A stretch of 64,000 nt of DNA from an uncultured Methanocellaceae archaeon (GCA_963792125.1 CAWBVA010000006.1:35811-99810); one strand, 5' to 3'; positions 11,411 through 21,035 are shown, counted from the stretch's first letter. Program-made: numbers and translations. Notes: generated from the letters alone by a model not told the origin.

Positions 11411-11845
11411 TTAAATCTTGCCGATCTCTTCCACGTCGACGAGGTTTATCTTCGCGTCCTTCAGTACCTTGATGGCCTTCGCGTTGTCGTCGACTCGCAG
11501 GATGAGCAGCGCAAGGTCCGACCTGGTGACGAACGCGTAGGCGTAGTCGACGTTGACGCCGCCCTTGCCCAGGGTGTTAGCGATGTTGAACAGGCCGCCG
11601 GGGACGTCCTCCATCTGGACGGCGATCACTTCGGTCTCGGACACGGCAAAGCCCTGGCCCTGCAGGTTCTTGTACGCCTTATCCGGGTCGTCCACGACCA
11701 TGCGGATGACCCCGAAGTCGCCCGCCTCTGCGATGGTGAACGCGCGAATGTTGATCTTCGCCTTGGAGAGCGACTCGGCGATCTTCGCCAGCCGGCCCGG
11801 CTTGTTCTCCGCGAAGAGCGATATCTGCTTGATCGTACCCTTCAT
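11411..11845 (-). CDS. ACT-domain protein (tandem ACT; usual partner of PaaK-like ligases)
   Basis: IKQISLFAENKPGRL..INIRAFTIAE..DFGVIRMVV..EDVPGGL..NVDYAYAF; RBS GGAG. Confidence 0.9.
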   Translation of the reverse strand: MKGTIKQISLFAENKPGRLAKIAESLSKAKINIRAFTIAEAGDFGVIRMVVDDPDKAYKNLQGQGFAVSETEVIAVQMEDVPGGLFNIANTLGKGGVNVDYAYAFVTRSDLALLILRVDDNAKAIKVLKDAKINLVDVEEIGKI

Positions 11846-11882
11846 AATTGTTTCTCCTAATTGCACTTTTAAGTGCAATCCC

Positions 11883-13193
11883 TTATACCTTTCTCCGGTC
11901 GATGACCTTCTGGGACTTGCCCTGGGACCGCGGCAGCGTGCCCGTCTCGACCAGCTCGACATGAGTGGACAAATTGAGCACCTTCTGGAGCTCGCGGCCT
12001 ATCTTCTGCTCCAGCTTCATCAGATCGGCGATCTTGTCGCTGAAAGCTGCCCTGGTGACTTCGACGCGGACCGTGAGGTCGTCCAGCTCGCCCTTCCGTT
12101 CGGCGATGATCTGGAAGTGCTCGCCGACCTCGGGGATGGTCATGAGGACCGACTCGATCTGGCTGGGGAACACGTTGATGCCCCGGATGATCAGCATGTC
12201 GTCCGCCCGGCCCATGATACGCATGATGCGCGGGTGCGTCCGGCCGCAGGAACATACCTCGTTGTTCAGCACCGTGATGTCGCCGATACGGTAGCGTATC
12301 AGCGGCAGCGCCTCCTTGGACAGCGTGGTGACGACCAGCTCGCCCTTCTTGCCATCGGGTACCGGATCGCCGTTCTTGTCAATTACTTCCAGCAGGAAAT
12401 GGTCAGCCCAGACGTGAATACCGTTCTGTTCCTGGCATTCCGTGAACAGGGGGCCGGACAGTTCCGAGGTGCCGTAGATGTCGTAGGCCTTGATGCCCAT
12501 CGTGGTCTCGATACGCTTCCGGGTCTCGAGGGACCACGGCTCGGCGCCCAGGATGGCACAGCGTAGCTCCGTGTCGTCCTTGATGCTGATGCCCAGCTTT
12601 TTGGCGACTTCGTTCATATGGAGCAGGTAGGAGGGCGTGCAAGCGATGGCGGTCACGTGCAGGTCCTGCATCAGCTCGATCTGACGTTCAGTGTTGCCCA
12701 CGCCCATGGGTATGACGCTGGCACCGATCTCCTCTGCGCCATAGTGCGCCCCGAGGCCGCCGGTGAACAGGCCGTAGCCGTAGCTTACCTGTATGACATC
12801 TCCCCGGCCCAGGCCGCAGGAGGTGAACGCTCGTGCCAACGATGTCGTCCAGCAGTCCACGTCTCCGCGGGTGTAGCCGACGACGGTGGGCTTCCCGGTC
12901 GTGCCCGAGGACACATGATAGCGTACCACCTGGTTCAGAGGTGCGGAGAACATCTTCGTGGGATAGTTGTCCCGCAGGTCTTTCTTGTAGGTGAACGGCA
13001 ATTTTGCGACGTCGTCCAGGCTTTTGATGTGCTCCGGCTTTACGCCGGCCTCGTCGAACCGCTTCCGGTAGAATGAAGAGTTACGGTATACGTTGTCGAC
13101 CAGTGACTTAAGCTTCCTGAGCTGAATTTCCTGCAGCTCCTCCAGGGGAGCCCTTTCGACGCGGGAGTTCCAGAAATCGAGCATTGCCGCCAT
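11883..13193 (-). CDS. Phenylacetate-CoA ligase family protein, copy 2
   Basis: HVSSGTTGKPT, YGLFTGGLG, GRADDMLIIRGINVFPSQIE. Confidence 0.92.
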   Translation of the reverse strand: MAAMLDFWNSRVERAPLEELQEIQLRKLKSLVDNVYRNSSFYRKRFDEAGVKPEHIKSLDDVAKLPFTYKKDLRDNYPTKMFSAPLNQVVRYHVSSGTTGKPTVVGYTRGDVDCWTTSLARAFTSCGLGRGDVIQVSYGYGLFTGGLGAHYGAEEIGASVIPMGVGNTERQIELMQDLHVTAIACTPSYLLHMNEVAKKLGISIKDDTELRCAILGAEPWSLETRKRIETTMGIKAYDIYGTSELSGPLFTECQEQNGIHVWADHFLLEVIDKNGDPVPDGKKGELVVTTLSKEALPLIRYRIGDITVLNNEVCSCGRTHPRIMRIMGRADDMLIIRGINVFPSQIESVLMTIPEVGEHFQIIAERKGELDDLTVRVEVTRAAFSDKIADLMKLEQKIGRELQKVLNLSTHVELVETGTLPRSQGKSQKVIDRRKV

Positions 13194-13230
13194 TGAGTAA
13201 CCTCTCTAAGTCATATCGATTAGCATGTAT

Positions 13231-14595
13231 TTATAGACATGTTACCGGATTGTCCGTACTATCGCGTATTTTAAATAGCTGTCCGCACGGCCACCTGATG
13301 GCCGTCCGCAGGTCGACGACCTTCTTGCTCTTGCCCTCGACTCGGGGCAGGCTGCCCGTCTCGACCAGCACGACCTTGGTGCGCAGGTTCAGGGTGTCCT
13401 TCAGCTTCTTGGCCACCTTTCCGGTGACTTTCTGCAGGTCGCCCAGCTCGCCGGAGAAGGCCTTGTCACTCATCTCCACCCGCACAGTCATCTCGTCCAT
13501 GTGGTTGACGCGCTCAAGCACGACCTGGAAGTATTCGCCTACCTCCGGCATGTCCATGAGAATGTGCTCGATCTGGCTGGGGAACACGTTCAGGCCGCGG
13601 ATGATGAGCATGTCGTCTGCTCTCCCGTAGAACTTGTTCAGCCGCACGGACGTCCTGCCGCAGGGGCACTCGTCCTTCATGATCATGGTGATGTCGCCCG
13701 TCCGGTACCGGATCATCGGCAGCGCCTCCTTTACGAGCGTGGTCAGGACGAGCTCGCCCTTCTCCCCGGGCGCGCACTGATCGCCGTTCTTATCGAGCAC
13801 CTCGACGATGAACGCGTCCTCCCAGATGTGAAGACCGTCCTGCTCCTGGCATTCGAAGGCGACGCCGGGGCCCATCATTTCCGACAGCCCGTAGGAGTCG
13901 TAGGCCTTGATGCCAAAGGACTTTTCGAGCTGGACACGGGTATTGGCGGACCATGGCTCGGCGCCAAACAGCCCGATCTTCAGCGGCAGCGTGCCAGGCT
14001 CGATACCCATCTTCTTGCAGGTCTCGGCGATGTATAGCGCGTAAGAAGGTGTGCAGTGCATGACCTTGACGCCGAAGTCCCTGATCATCTCGATCTGCTT
14101 CTGGGTGCTTCCTGTGCCGGCTGGCACAGCCACGCAGCCGAGACGCTCTGCCCCGGCATGGATTCCCAGGCCGCCGGTGAATAATCCGTAATTCGCCGCG
14201 TTCTGGAACACGTCGCCAGGCCGCACGCCCACCATGTAGAAGCAGCGGGCCATGAGATTAGCCCAGATTGCCAGGTCTTTCTTCGTGTAGCCCACCACAG
14301 TGGACTTGCCGCTCGTGCCCGACGAGGCGTGGATGCGGTTGATCTGGTTCATGGGTACCGCGAACATGCCGAAAGGATAAGAGTCCCTGAGGTCCGTCTT
14401 CTTCGTGAACGGCAGCTTCCGGAGGTCGTCCAGCGTCCTGACGTCAGCTGGCTTCAGTCCGGTCTCGTCGAACTTTTTCCTGTACAGCGGCACGTTTTTG
14501 TAGACGGCGTTGACAGACTTCTTCAGCCTTTTCAGCTGCAGCTCCTGTAGCTGCTTCCGGGGCATGGTCTCGATCTCTGGCTGCCAGTACTCCAT
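13231..14595 (-). CDS. Phenylacetate-CoA ligase family protein, copy 3 (true stop may be ~60 nt earlier)
   Basis: HASSGTSGKST, YGLSEMMGPGV, GRADDMLIIRGLNVFPSQIE. Confidence 0.92.
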   Translation of the reverse strand: MEYWQPEIETMPRKQLQELQLKRLKKSVNAVYKNVPLYRKKFDETGLKPADVRTLDDLRKLPFTKKTDLRDSYPFGMFAVPMNQINRIHASSGTSGKSTVVGYTKKDLAIWANLMARCFYMVGVRPGDVFQNAANYGLFTGGLGIHAGAERLGCVAVPAGTGSTQKQIEMIRDFGVKVMHCTPSYALYIAETCKKMGIEPGTLPLKIGLFGAEPWSANTRVQLEKSFGIKAYDSYGLSEMMGPGVAFECQEQDGLHIWEDAFIVEVLDKNGDQCAPGEKGELVLTTLVKEALPMIRYRTGDITMIMKDECPCGRTSVRLNKFYGRADDMLIIRGLNVFPSQIEHILMDMPEVGEYFQVVLERVNHMDEMTVRVEMSDKAFSGELGDLQKVTGKVAKKLKDTLNLRTKVVLVETGSLPRVEGKSKKVVDLRTAIRWPCGQLFKIRDSTDNPVTCL

Positions 14596-14753
14596 AGGAA
14601 CACCTATCACTAGCGTGATATATGCTATCTATTAACTCGGTTAAGGAATATAAATGTATGTGTACGCTAAGGGAACCGGAAAAAAAGTTTGCGGATGGCG
14701 GAGAAGGTATTCCCGCGCCACCGCCAGGGGTAGCTAATGAGGAAGGCTTTTTC

Positions 14754-15019
14754 TTAGAACCCGAAGCCGAAGCCCGGGATCGACACACCGCCGACGCCGA
14801 CGAACGGATACGCGAACGCCGCATTTTCAGTGGTCGTGGCATAGTCGCGTGGGTCATCACCTGCGTCTGAGCGACCGTCTGGGCGATAGTCGGAAGCCCC
14901 AGCGTAAGGCCTGCAATGGCCGAATTGCCGAGAATGTCCGTGACGCCAGAGTTAGGGAACGCAAGCGCAAACGCCTCAGTGTCCGGTGCAGTCGCGCGCG
15001 TGAGCGCATGCCCGGCCAT
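14754..15019 (-). pseudogene. 5'-truncated, frameshifted paralog of the small secreted protein at 15116-15487
   Basis: Reads ATAPDTEAFALAFP...LGLPTIAQTVAQTQVMTH, then after a shift DYATTTENAAFAYPFVGVGGVSIPGFGFGF*. It aligns with ATDDEASAISF...LPTISQT...FAYAYPFLSIG..LPSMGFI and has no signal peptide. Confidence 0.7.
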
Positions 15020-15115
15020 GAAGGTGTTCCCGGAAATGGGCAGGAGCGGTATATGTGACCTGCCGCGCTCCCGAAAAAAAAATTGGTTTACAGGGTCTTC
15101 GGAGGCAACGAGGGA

Positions 15116-15487
15116 TTATATGAAACCCATCGAAGGCAGCGGAGAGTTACCAATGCTCAGGAACGGATAGGCATAGGCGAAGTTCGAGTTCTCGTTCTGG
15201 AACTTGACGCTGCTGAGCAGGTTACTCTGTGCGGCGGTCTGGGAGATCGTCGGTAACGACGAGCCGAACACGCTGTCAGTCAGCGAGCTGGCAGTAGCAC
15301 CGAACGAGATCGCCGAGGCCTCGTCGTCCGTGGCCAGCGCCGTATCTTTCTCGAAAGCCGTCAGCGTGCTGCTCTGGGTCATCTGCGGGAACCCGCAGGA
15401 CATCGGCACTAAAGACGCGCCGGCCTGGAGCACGGCCAGGACGATGACCAGGCTCGCGAAGGCTGTTATTATTAATGTTCTCTTCAT
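15116..15487 (-). CDS. Small secreted S/T/A-rich hypothetical protein with aromatic C-terminus
   Basis: Signal peptide MKRTLIITAFASLVIVLAVLQAGA; strong RBS GAGGAGG; internal repeat GFPQMTQ/LPTISQ. Confidence 0.8.
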   Translation of the reverse strand: MKRTLIITAFASLVIVLAVLQAGASLVPMSCGFPQMTQSSTLTAFEKDTALATDDEASAISFGATASSLTDSVFGSSLPTISQTAAQSNLLSSVKFQNENSNFAYAYPFLSIGNSPLPSMGFI

Positions 15488-15649
15488 AGTATTACCCTCC
15501 TCAATATTACGGTGTACTGACGACGCGTGTTAATATGTTAGTGATTTTATAAACGAACAACCTTCGATTACCAATCACTTTTAACAGTCATAAAAGGTTT
15601 AACTTTTATTAAAATATTAAAATAATATAAATACCTGTGATATTAATGA

Positions 15650-16273
15650 TTGCTCATGCAGGTCAGGAACAAGCCCGGTGATGGCCAGCTTGAGATCATG
15701 GTCATCGGAAAGCCCGAAGCTATCAGGCTGATATTCAGCGAAAAGCACAACAGGATACTCAAGCGGCTCGCAGAAAAAGAGCTGTCGATCTCAGACATCG
15801 CCCGATCGCTTGACTATAATCCCGGCTCCGTACACTATCACTTGAAAGAGCTCGAGAAACAGGGGCTGGTCCGGCAGGTCCGGCAGGAGATCAAAGGCGG
15901 CATCGTAAAGAAGTATTACCGCTCCGTGGCCAGGCACATATGCCTGGAGAGTCCGGACTTCAACGATGCCCTGCGCTTTGACGTAGACCTGATCGGCGAG
16001 CATAACGAAAAGCTCATACACGCCATCGAACGAATCGGCTACACTATCCCTGAAGAGAATATGGAAGAAGCCATAGAAGTGCTGATCAGGTACGATCGTC
16101 GGATAAAAGAGCTCATGAGAGAGATGATCAATCCCGAAGCGAACATTTCCGGCGAGGACGGGATGATCAGTTTCCATGCCTGCCAGTTCGTCATCAACAT
16201 GCGGACCATTGACGACCCGGAGCTGAGCGGGATCTCCAGGCAGTTCTCCAGGCTGTTTTTACAGGTACAGTGA
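15650..16273 (+). CDS. ArsR-like winged-helix transcriptional regulator, copy 1
   Basis: RILKRLAEKELSISDIARSL..NPGSVHYHLKELEKQGLV...KKYY. Confidence 0.88.
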   Translation: MLMQVRNKPGDGQLEIMVIGKPEAIRLIFSEKHNRILKRLAEKELSISDIARSLDYNPGSVHYHLKELEKQGLVRQVRQEIKGGIVKKYYRSVARHICLESPDFNDALRFDVDLIGEHNEKLIHAIERIGYTIPEENMEEAIEVLIRYDRRIKELMREMINPEANISGEDGMISFHACQFVINMRTIDDPELSGISRQFSRLFLQVQ

Positions 16274-16350
16274 AACCCGATACCAGTCGGTACAACCGTC
16301 CGGCGGCAATAAAAAAGGAAGGGCCATAGACGGCCCCGGCGCACCCCGGA

Positions 16351-16803
16351 CTAGTAGAATGGCAGCGCCACCTGTACGTCCTGGAGATGTTCGTTCCTGG
16401 CGATGAAGTTATTGTATTTCGTCGTGCTCAAGCTCCCCTCGGTCAGCGGTATGCCGAACTCCGACCCGTCGAAGCCTGCCCCGTGGGTCTCGTCCAGGCT
16501 GAGGCCCAGGCTGTAACCAATGTTCGCATCTGTGATGGCCCCCACGCCGCCGTAGCCGTACGGATAGCCCGCGAGCGTGCTCACGTCATAGTCGACGCCC
16601 CAGCTTATGCCAAGGTCCAGGTCGGCGAGCCCGTAGGCTGCTCCGGCTGCCTCGACCAGCGTGGGGTTCAGGTCGAAAGTGATGGTATCCCCGAGATGCT
16701 TGTCAAGGCTGATACCGGCGCCTATGAACGCATCGGCGGACGTTGCTGTAAAGATAACCGCAACGATCGCCAGCGCCATGATAAGAATTTTGCTGATGTC
16801 CAT
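16351..16803 (-). CDS. Small secreted Gly/Asp-rich hypothetical protein ending in LPFY
   Basis: Signal peptide MDISKILIMALAIVAVIFTATSADA; RBS GAGGAGG. Confidence 0.8.
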   Translation of the reverse strand: MDISKILIMALAIVAVIFTATSADAFIGAGISLDKHLGDTITFDLNPTLVEAAGAAYGLADLDLGISWGVDYDVSTLAGYPYGYGGVGAITDANIGYSLGLSLDETHGAGFDGSEFGIPLTEGSLSTTKYNNFIARNEHLQDVQVALPFY

Positions 16804-17011
16804 ATCTACCCTCCTCACTATTCCGGATACTAACGACGGACGGTAATACGTTGGCGCTCTTATCGACGAGCAAAAGACGTAAATCCCCGGGGATTAGCAT
16901 GGGTTAAAGGATTGGCATTTTTTAAACCTTTAAGATCGCTTAAACGTCGGAGCCGTACAGTTGGAGAATCAAGTCAGAAATAAGTTATAGGCGCATAGCA
17001 AAGAGTAAACC

Positions 17012-17629
17012 ATGCCTGAGAAGAACGTGCCCGACAATAAGAGGAAAGACATCCTCGTGCTCGAAAAGCTCGACGATATCAGGCTGATCATGAGCGAAAA
17101 GCATAACCGGATTCTCAAGCTGGTCACTGAAAACGAGCTGTCGATCTCGGACATCGCCCGATCGCTGGACATGAACCCCGGGTCTGTCCACTATTACCTG
17201 AAGGAGCTGGAAAAGCACGGGCTGGTCAGGCAGGTGCGGGAGGAGATCAAAGGAGGCATCGTTAAAAAGTTCTACCGTTCGGCGGCAAAACGCATCGTCC
17301 TGGAGCCCCCTGACTTCAGTGCCCGAGAGAGCCCGATGCCTTTCCCGATGCCGGATTACCTTGAGCGGCTCATCAAGGCGATCGAATACCTGGGCTATCA
17401 CCTGCCCCCGGAAAACAGGGAGGATGCGGAGGACCTGCTGGCCAGGTACGATAAACGGATGAAAAGCCTGATGATCGAGATGCAGAACTCGGGCCTCGAT
17501 GACACTGAAGAAAACGGGTGGATACTTGACAGTGCGTTCAACCTCATCCTTAGCATCAAAGCGAAGAACGACCCGGAGCTGAACAGGCTGTACGGGGAGT
17601 TCGAGAAACTGTTCCTGCGGTACGAATGA
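17012..17629 (+). CDS. ArsR-like winged-helix transcriptional regulator, copy 2 (paralog of 15650-16273)
   Basis: IRLIMSEKHNRILK..ELSISDIARSLDMNPGSVHYYLKELEKHGLVRQV, nearly identical to the copy 1 HTH. Confidence 0.88.
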   Translation: MPEKNVPDNKRKDILVLEKLDDIRLIMSEKHNRILKLVTENELSISDIARSLDMNPGSVHYYLKELEKHGLVRQVREEIKGGIVKKFYRSAAKRIVLEPPDFSARESPMPFPMPDYLERLIKAIEYLGYHLPPENREDAEDLLARYDKRMKSLMIEMQNSGLDDTEENGWILDSAFNLILSIKAKNDPELNRLYGEFEKLFLRYE

Positions 17630-17968
17630 TAGCGGCAGAGATCGGGCCATTGGCGAAGCCGGAAATATGCTGCTTTCGCTTTTCAACCCGTTCGTTTTAG
17701 CGGGCATCTTTTAGTCCTCACAGGCGTTATGCTGCATTTATCGGGGGTATGGATAGTGAAAAGTATCGGTATATCGACCATTCCGGTCATAGCGACCGCT
17801 ATATCCGCTTCGGCGAAAGAGGAGAGTCGCTGTACAGACGGAGGCATGCCTGTGCAGGTGGAGCGATGGAAAAGCAAGAGCTCTGTGGGACAGTTGTTGG
17901 ATGCTAAGATAAAGGATATATTTGCCCGGGCACTCTTTTAGCTTCACAACCGGTATTGGGTACCTGAT

Positions 17969-18382
17969 ATGACAAGTGATCAAGAGCCCGCGCCCTGCCG
18001 GCCGGGAAGGCCAGAGCCAGTCCTCACGGCGATCATCGAGGACAACGCTGACATCGCCGACCTGTACGTCATGCTGGTGCAGGCCAGAGGCATGCGTGTC
18101 TGTTTCCTTGCTCATGACGGTGCTGAAGCTGTGGAAGCGTTCATTCACGCAGCGAAGAAGCCAGACCTGCTGCTGATCGATCACCGCATGCCCGTGAAGT
18201 CCGGGCTGGCCGCCATGAAAGAGATAATGGCGATAGACCCTTCCGCCCGCTTCATTTTCATCAGCGCCGACGAGGGCATCATGGACGAGGCGATGGCCGC
18301 CGGGGCAAAAGCCTTTCTGCGAAAGCCTGCCACCGTCAAGGAAATCCTCGACGCCATGAGCCATGTGCTGGACGAAGCTTAA
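17969..18382 (+). CDS. Stand-alone response regulator receiver (CheY-like)
   Basis: IIEDN, PDLLLIDHRMP, ISAD, FLRKP. Confidence 0.9.
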   Translation: MTSDQEPAPCRPGRPEPVLTAIIEDNADIADLYVMLVQARGMRVCFLAHDGAEAVEAFIHAAKKPDLLLIDHRMPVKSGLAAMKEIMAIDPSARFIFISADEGIMDEAMAAGAKAFLRKPATVKEILDAMSHVLDEA

Positions 18383-18459
18383 ACTGATTTCCATGGAAGA
18401 GGCGAGTGGATCGCTGGCCATTTCCTGGCTAGTGCGTAGAGGTACGCAGGGCGTGGTTA

Positions 18460-18581
18460 TAAAGGCCGCAGAGAGCGCAAGGGCCAAGACGCAGTTTCTA
18501 CATGTGTACAACAAGGCTTAGCGCTAAAACATAAAAGAAACTGCGTTCTCTGCGCACCCTCTGCGCTCTCTGCGGCCTTTA
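18460..18581. repeat. Short inverted-repeat element (CGCAGAG/CTCTGCG type), MITE/REP-like
   Basis: Perfect 20 bp terminal inverted repeat taaaggccgcagagagcgca/tgcgctctctgcggccttta, plus an inner 11 bp pair acgcagtttct/agaaactgcgt. Confidence 0.8.
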
Positions 18582-18625
18582 ACGTACTGCTCGTTGCCGC
18601 TTACACGCCTTATACCCGATACAAC

Positions 18626-20431
18626 TTATCTTACTGTAGAACCGGGCTTGGTCTCGGAGACGGCTGGCGGAGTTGCCGGCATTGTCTCCGGCGGCGCCGG
18701 CTTCGGCGGCAGGGTGATAAGATTAAAGATACCGTGGGCCTGGTCGAGCTCGAACAGCTCGATGTAGTCGAGAGGCGTCTGGCGGACGTCCCGGGACGCC
18801 GATAGCGTCTGCAGGTCGAGCACGGCCGTGTTCAGGTTCTCTACTTCGGCGTCCTCCGTGTAGATGAGCACCAGCTCCTTCATAGGCGCGTACACTATGA
18901 CCCGGCTCCCTATGTCGACCTTCAGCGCGTCCAGAAGTCCCTTGACGAAGGACGGGTGCGTCATGATGTCGCAGGCCTTGTTGCTGATCACGCCTATGAT
19001 CGTGTCTTTCCCGAACTTTCCGGCGTGGGCCTCGATGTTGAGCCGCAGCACGTCCAGTTCCTCCTCGAAGATTTCATCAAGCGCGCTACGGTCGATTAGC
19101 CATGCGGCCAGGTCAGTCTTCATCACTGGCGCGGTGTGCTCGCCGCACGAAATGTAATAGATGACCACAGCAGACTCTTTTTCATCGTAGACGTAGTTGA
19201 ACGCGTTGGGCGTCTCCTTCAGCCAGGCAGACGGCTCTATGGACTTGAAGACAAAGCACTCCTTGCCGCACCGGCAGACCGGACGTGTCTTCTCGTTCTT
19301 GCACAGCGACTCCCGAAGCCGGGACACGAGGAGCTTCGTGCCGTTACGGGGCAGCGGAGAGTAGATGTTCACCCGGTCTGACAGCCCGTTGTGCGGGTTG
19401 GTGATCTCGAGATAATCGCCATCGATGGCGTAGGAGTATGACGGCATGTCGCGGCGAATCGCCGTAAGCAGGTTCTCGGCCGAGTAGATGCGGTTCATGG
19501 CGAAGTCTAGCTTCGCCTCGATGATTTCCTGGTAGCTCTTCGCGGTGAACGCCGCCTCCTTCGCGATCTCCCGTATGGACAGCGTGGCCTTGAACGGCTT
19601 GCGGCTGATGACGAGCGTGTCCCCGTGCACGGCGAACTCGAGGCCGTCGCGGGTGAGTACCTTGTTGATCAAAGCGACGATCCGTGTCTGGTCCACGATA
19701 GCTGCCGCGTCGATGCGTCCGGAGGCGATGTCAGCGGAATACTCTGGCATCCATGCGGCGTAGGCGTCCTCGTAGGGCGACTCGTCCCGTTTGTAGTCCG
19801 ACAGCCGGAACACGAGCGCGGCATCGCCAGGCCATTCCGGGCCCACGATCTCGCGCATGTTGACCCGTGCGTGGGGGCTGTTACCGGGAATAGCAACGGT
19901 GACGTAGCCTCGCTCCACGTTGAAGAGCTGGATGTTCCGCGTTTCCAGCGCCGTGCTGATCGCGTACTTCCAGACCTCCCGGGCACTCATGACACGGCCG
20001 AAGGTCTCGTACATGAACCGGAAATCGGGCGTGCCGCGGATGAGCGCGCGCTCCCCGCCCAGGTCCATGCGATAGAAGTTGACGAACTCGCTGCCTGCGG
20101 TGACCTCCGCCTGGAAGTCGAGCATCGCCTCGGGGAAATAGTGACTGTATAATGCGATGATAATGTTGTTCGACGACAGCCGGGCCCCGCACACACATGT
20201 ATGTGTCTCCAGCCGGTAGCCCGAGACCGCCTGCATGAACGAGTCCATAGTGAGGTTATGGAAGATGAGCGGCTTCATCACTGTGTTATTGTGGCTGCAC
20301 TTAGGGCAGTAGAAAGTCAGGATGACGCCATCGTAGTGCTTTTTTTCGTTGATGGCGTAAAGCCGGGTCTCGATAAGCTTCCCGATGTATTTCGGGTTTA
20401 ATTCCACCTTATCTCCACCGAGAAATGACAT
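18626..20431 (-). CDS. Hypothetical 601-aa protein with Cys-pair (Zn-ribbon-like) motifs
   Basis: Long ORF with normal codon usage; CPKC, CVCG and CRCG motifs; Pro-rich tail. Confidence 0.75.
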   Translation of the reverse strand: MSFLGGDKVELNPKYIGKLIETRLYAINEKKHYDGVILTFYCPKCSHNNTVMKPLIFHNLTMDSFMQAVSGYRLETHTCVCGARLSSNNIIIALYSHYFPEAMLDFQAEVTAGSEFVNFYRMDLGGERALIRGTPDFRFMYETFGRVMSAREVWKYAISTALETRNIQLFNVERGYVTVAIPGNSPHARVNMREIVGPEWPGDAALVFRLSDYKRDESPYEDAYAAWMPEYSADIASGRIDAAAIVDQTRIVALINKVLTRDGLEFAVHGDTLVISRKPFKATLSIREIAKEAAFTAKSYQEIIEAKLDFAMNRIYSAENLLTAIRRDMPSYSYAIDGDYLEITNPHNGLSDRVNIYSPLPRNGTKLLVSRLRESLCKNEKTRPVCRCGKECFVFKSIEPSAWLKETPNAFNYVYDEKESAVVIYYISCGEHTAPVMKTDLAAWLIDRSALDEIFEEELDVLRLNIEAHAGKFGKDTIIGVISNKACDIMTHPSFVKGLLDALKVDIGSRVIVYAPMKELVLIYTEDAEVENLNTAVLDLQTLSASRDVRQTPLDYIELFELDQAHGIFNLITLPPKPAPPETMPATPPAVSETKPGSTVR

Positions 20432-20585
20432 AATAATTGTTTATAGCGTAATCAACTCTTATAAGCTTGTTGTTCTGTTATTTGTCCCGCCGGGGATGGG
20501 CGGGACTGCGCATCTGCCCTCGCCCGACATATTGCGCGCGCGAACGGCTGCCCGCCTGACAGCAGCACCCAGATTTCAATCATAA

Positions 20586-20933
20586 CTAAGTACCGTAATA
20601 GCAGCCCCACAGGTTGTTCATCGCATCGACGTACCGGTTCCACTGCTTAAGCATCACATACATGTGCCGCTTGCCTGCGGCAGTTATCGTATACCGGCCG
20701 TCACGGCGCTCGATATAGCCGCTGCCCTCCAGTGACCGCAGTACCTCAGCAAGACGGGGCTCGTCGACGGTCATCATGCCGGCCGTGTACTCGCTGATGT
20801 TGACTGCCGCCTCTGTGACATTGCAGTCGCCTTTGCGCACGACCGCCAGGGCTGCGAGCCTGATGCCAGCCCCCCGGAAAGAGTCGAGCCAGCGGTCCAG
20901 GTTGCGTTCGCTCTCGTCCTGCTCTGTGGCCAT
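20586..20933 (-). CDS. PadR-like winged-helix regulator
   Basis: LRSLEGSGYIE...YTITAAGKR...W pattern. Confidence 0.7.
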   Translation of the reverse strand: MATEQDESERNLDRWLDSFRGAGIRLAALAVVRKGDCNVTEAAVNISEYTAGMMTVDEPRLAEVLRSLEGSGYIERRDGRYTITAAGKRHMYVMLKQWNRYVDAMNNLWGCYYGT

Positions 20934-21035
20934 GAGAGGATATTCGACAGAAGACAGTATAGCGTTTGACAGCGGTTTGAGCGGAAAAAAAAGTCTAAAA
21001 AAAGAATATTGGGCGGCCGTCGAGCGGCACGCCCC

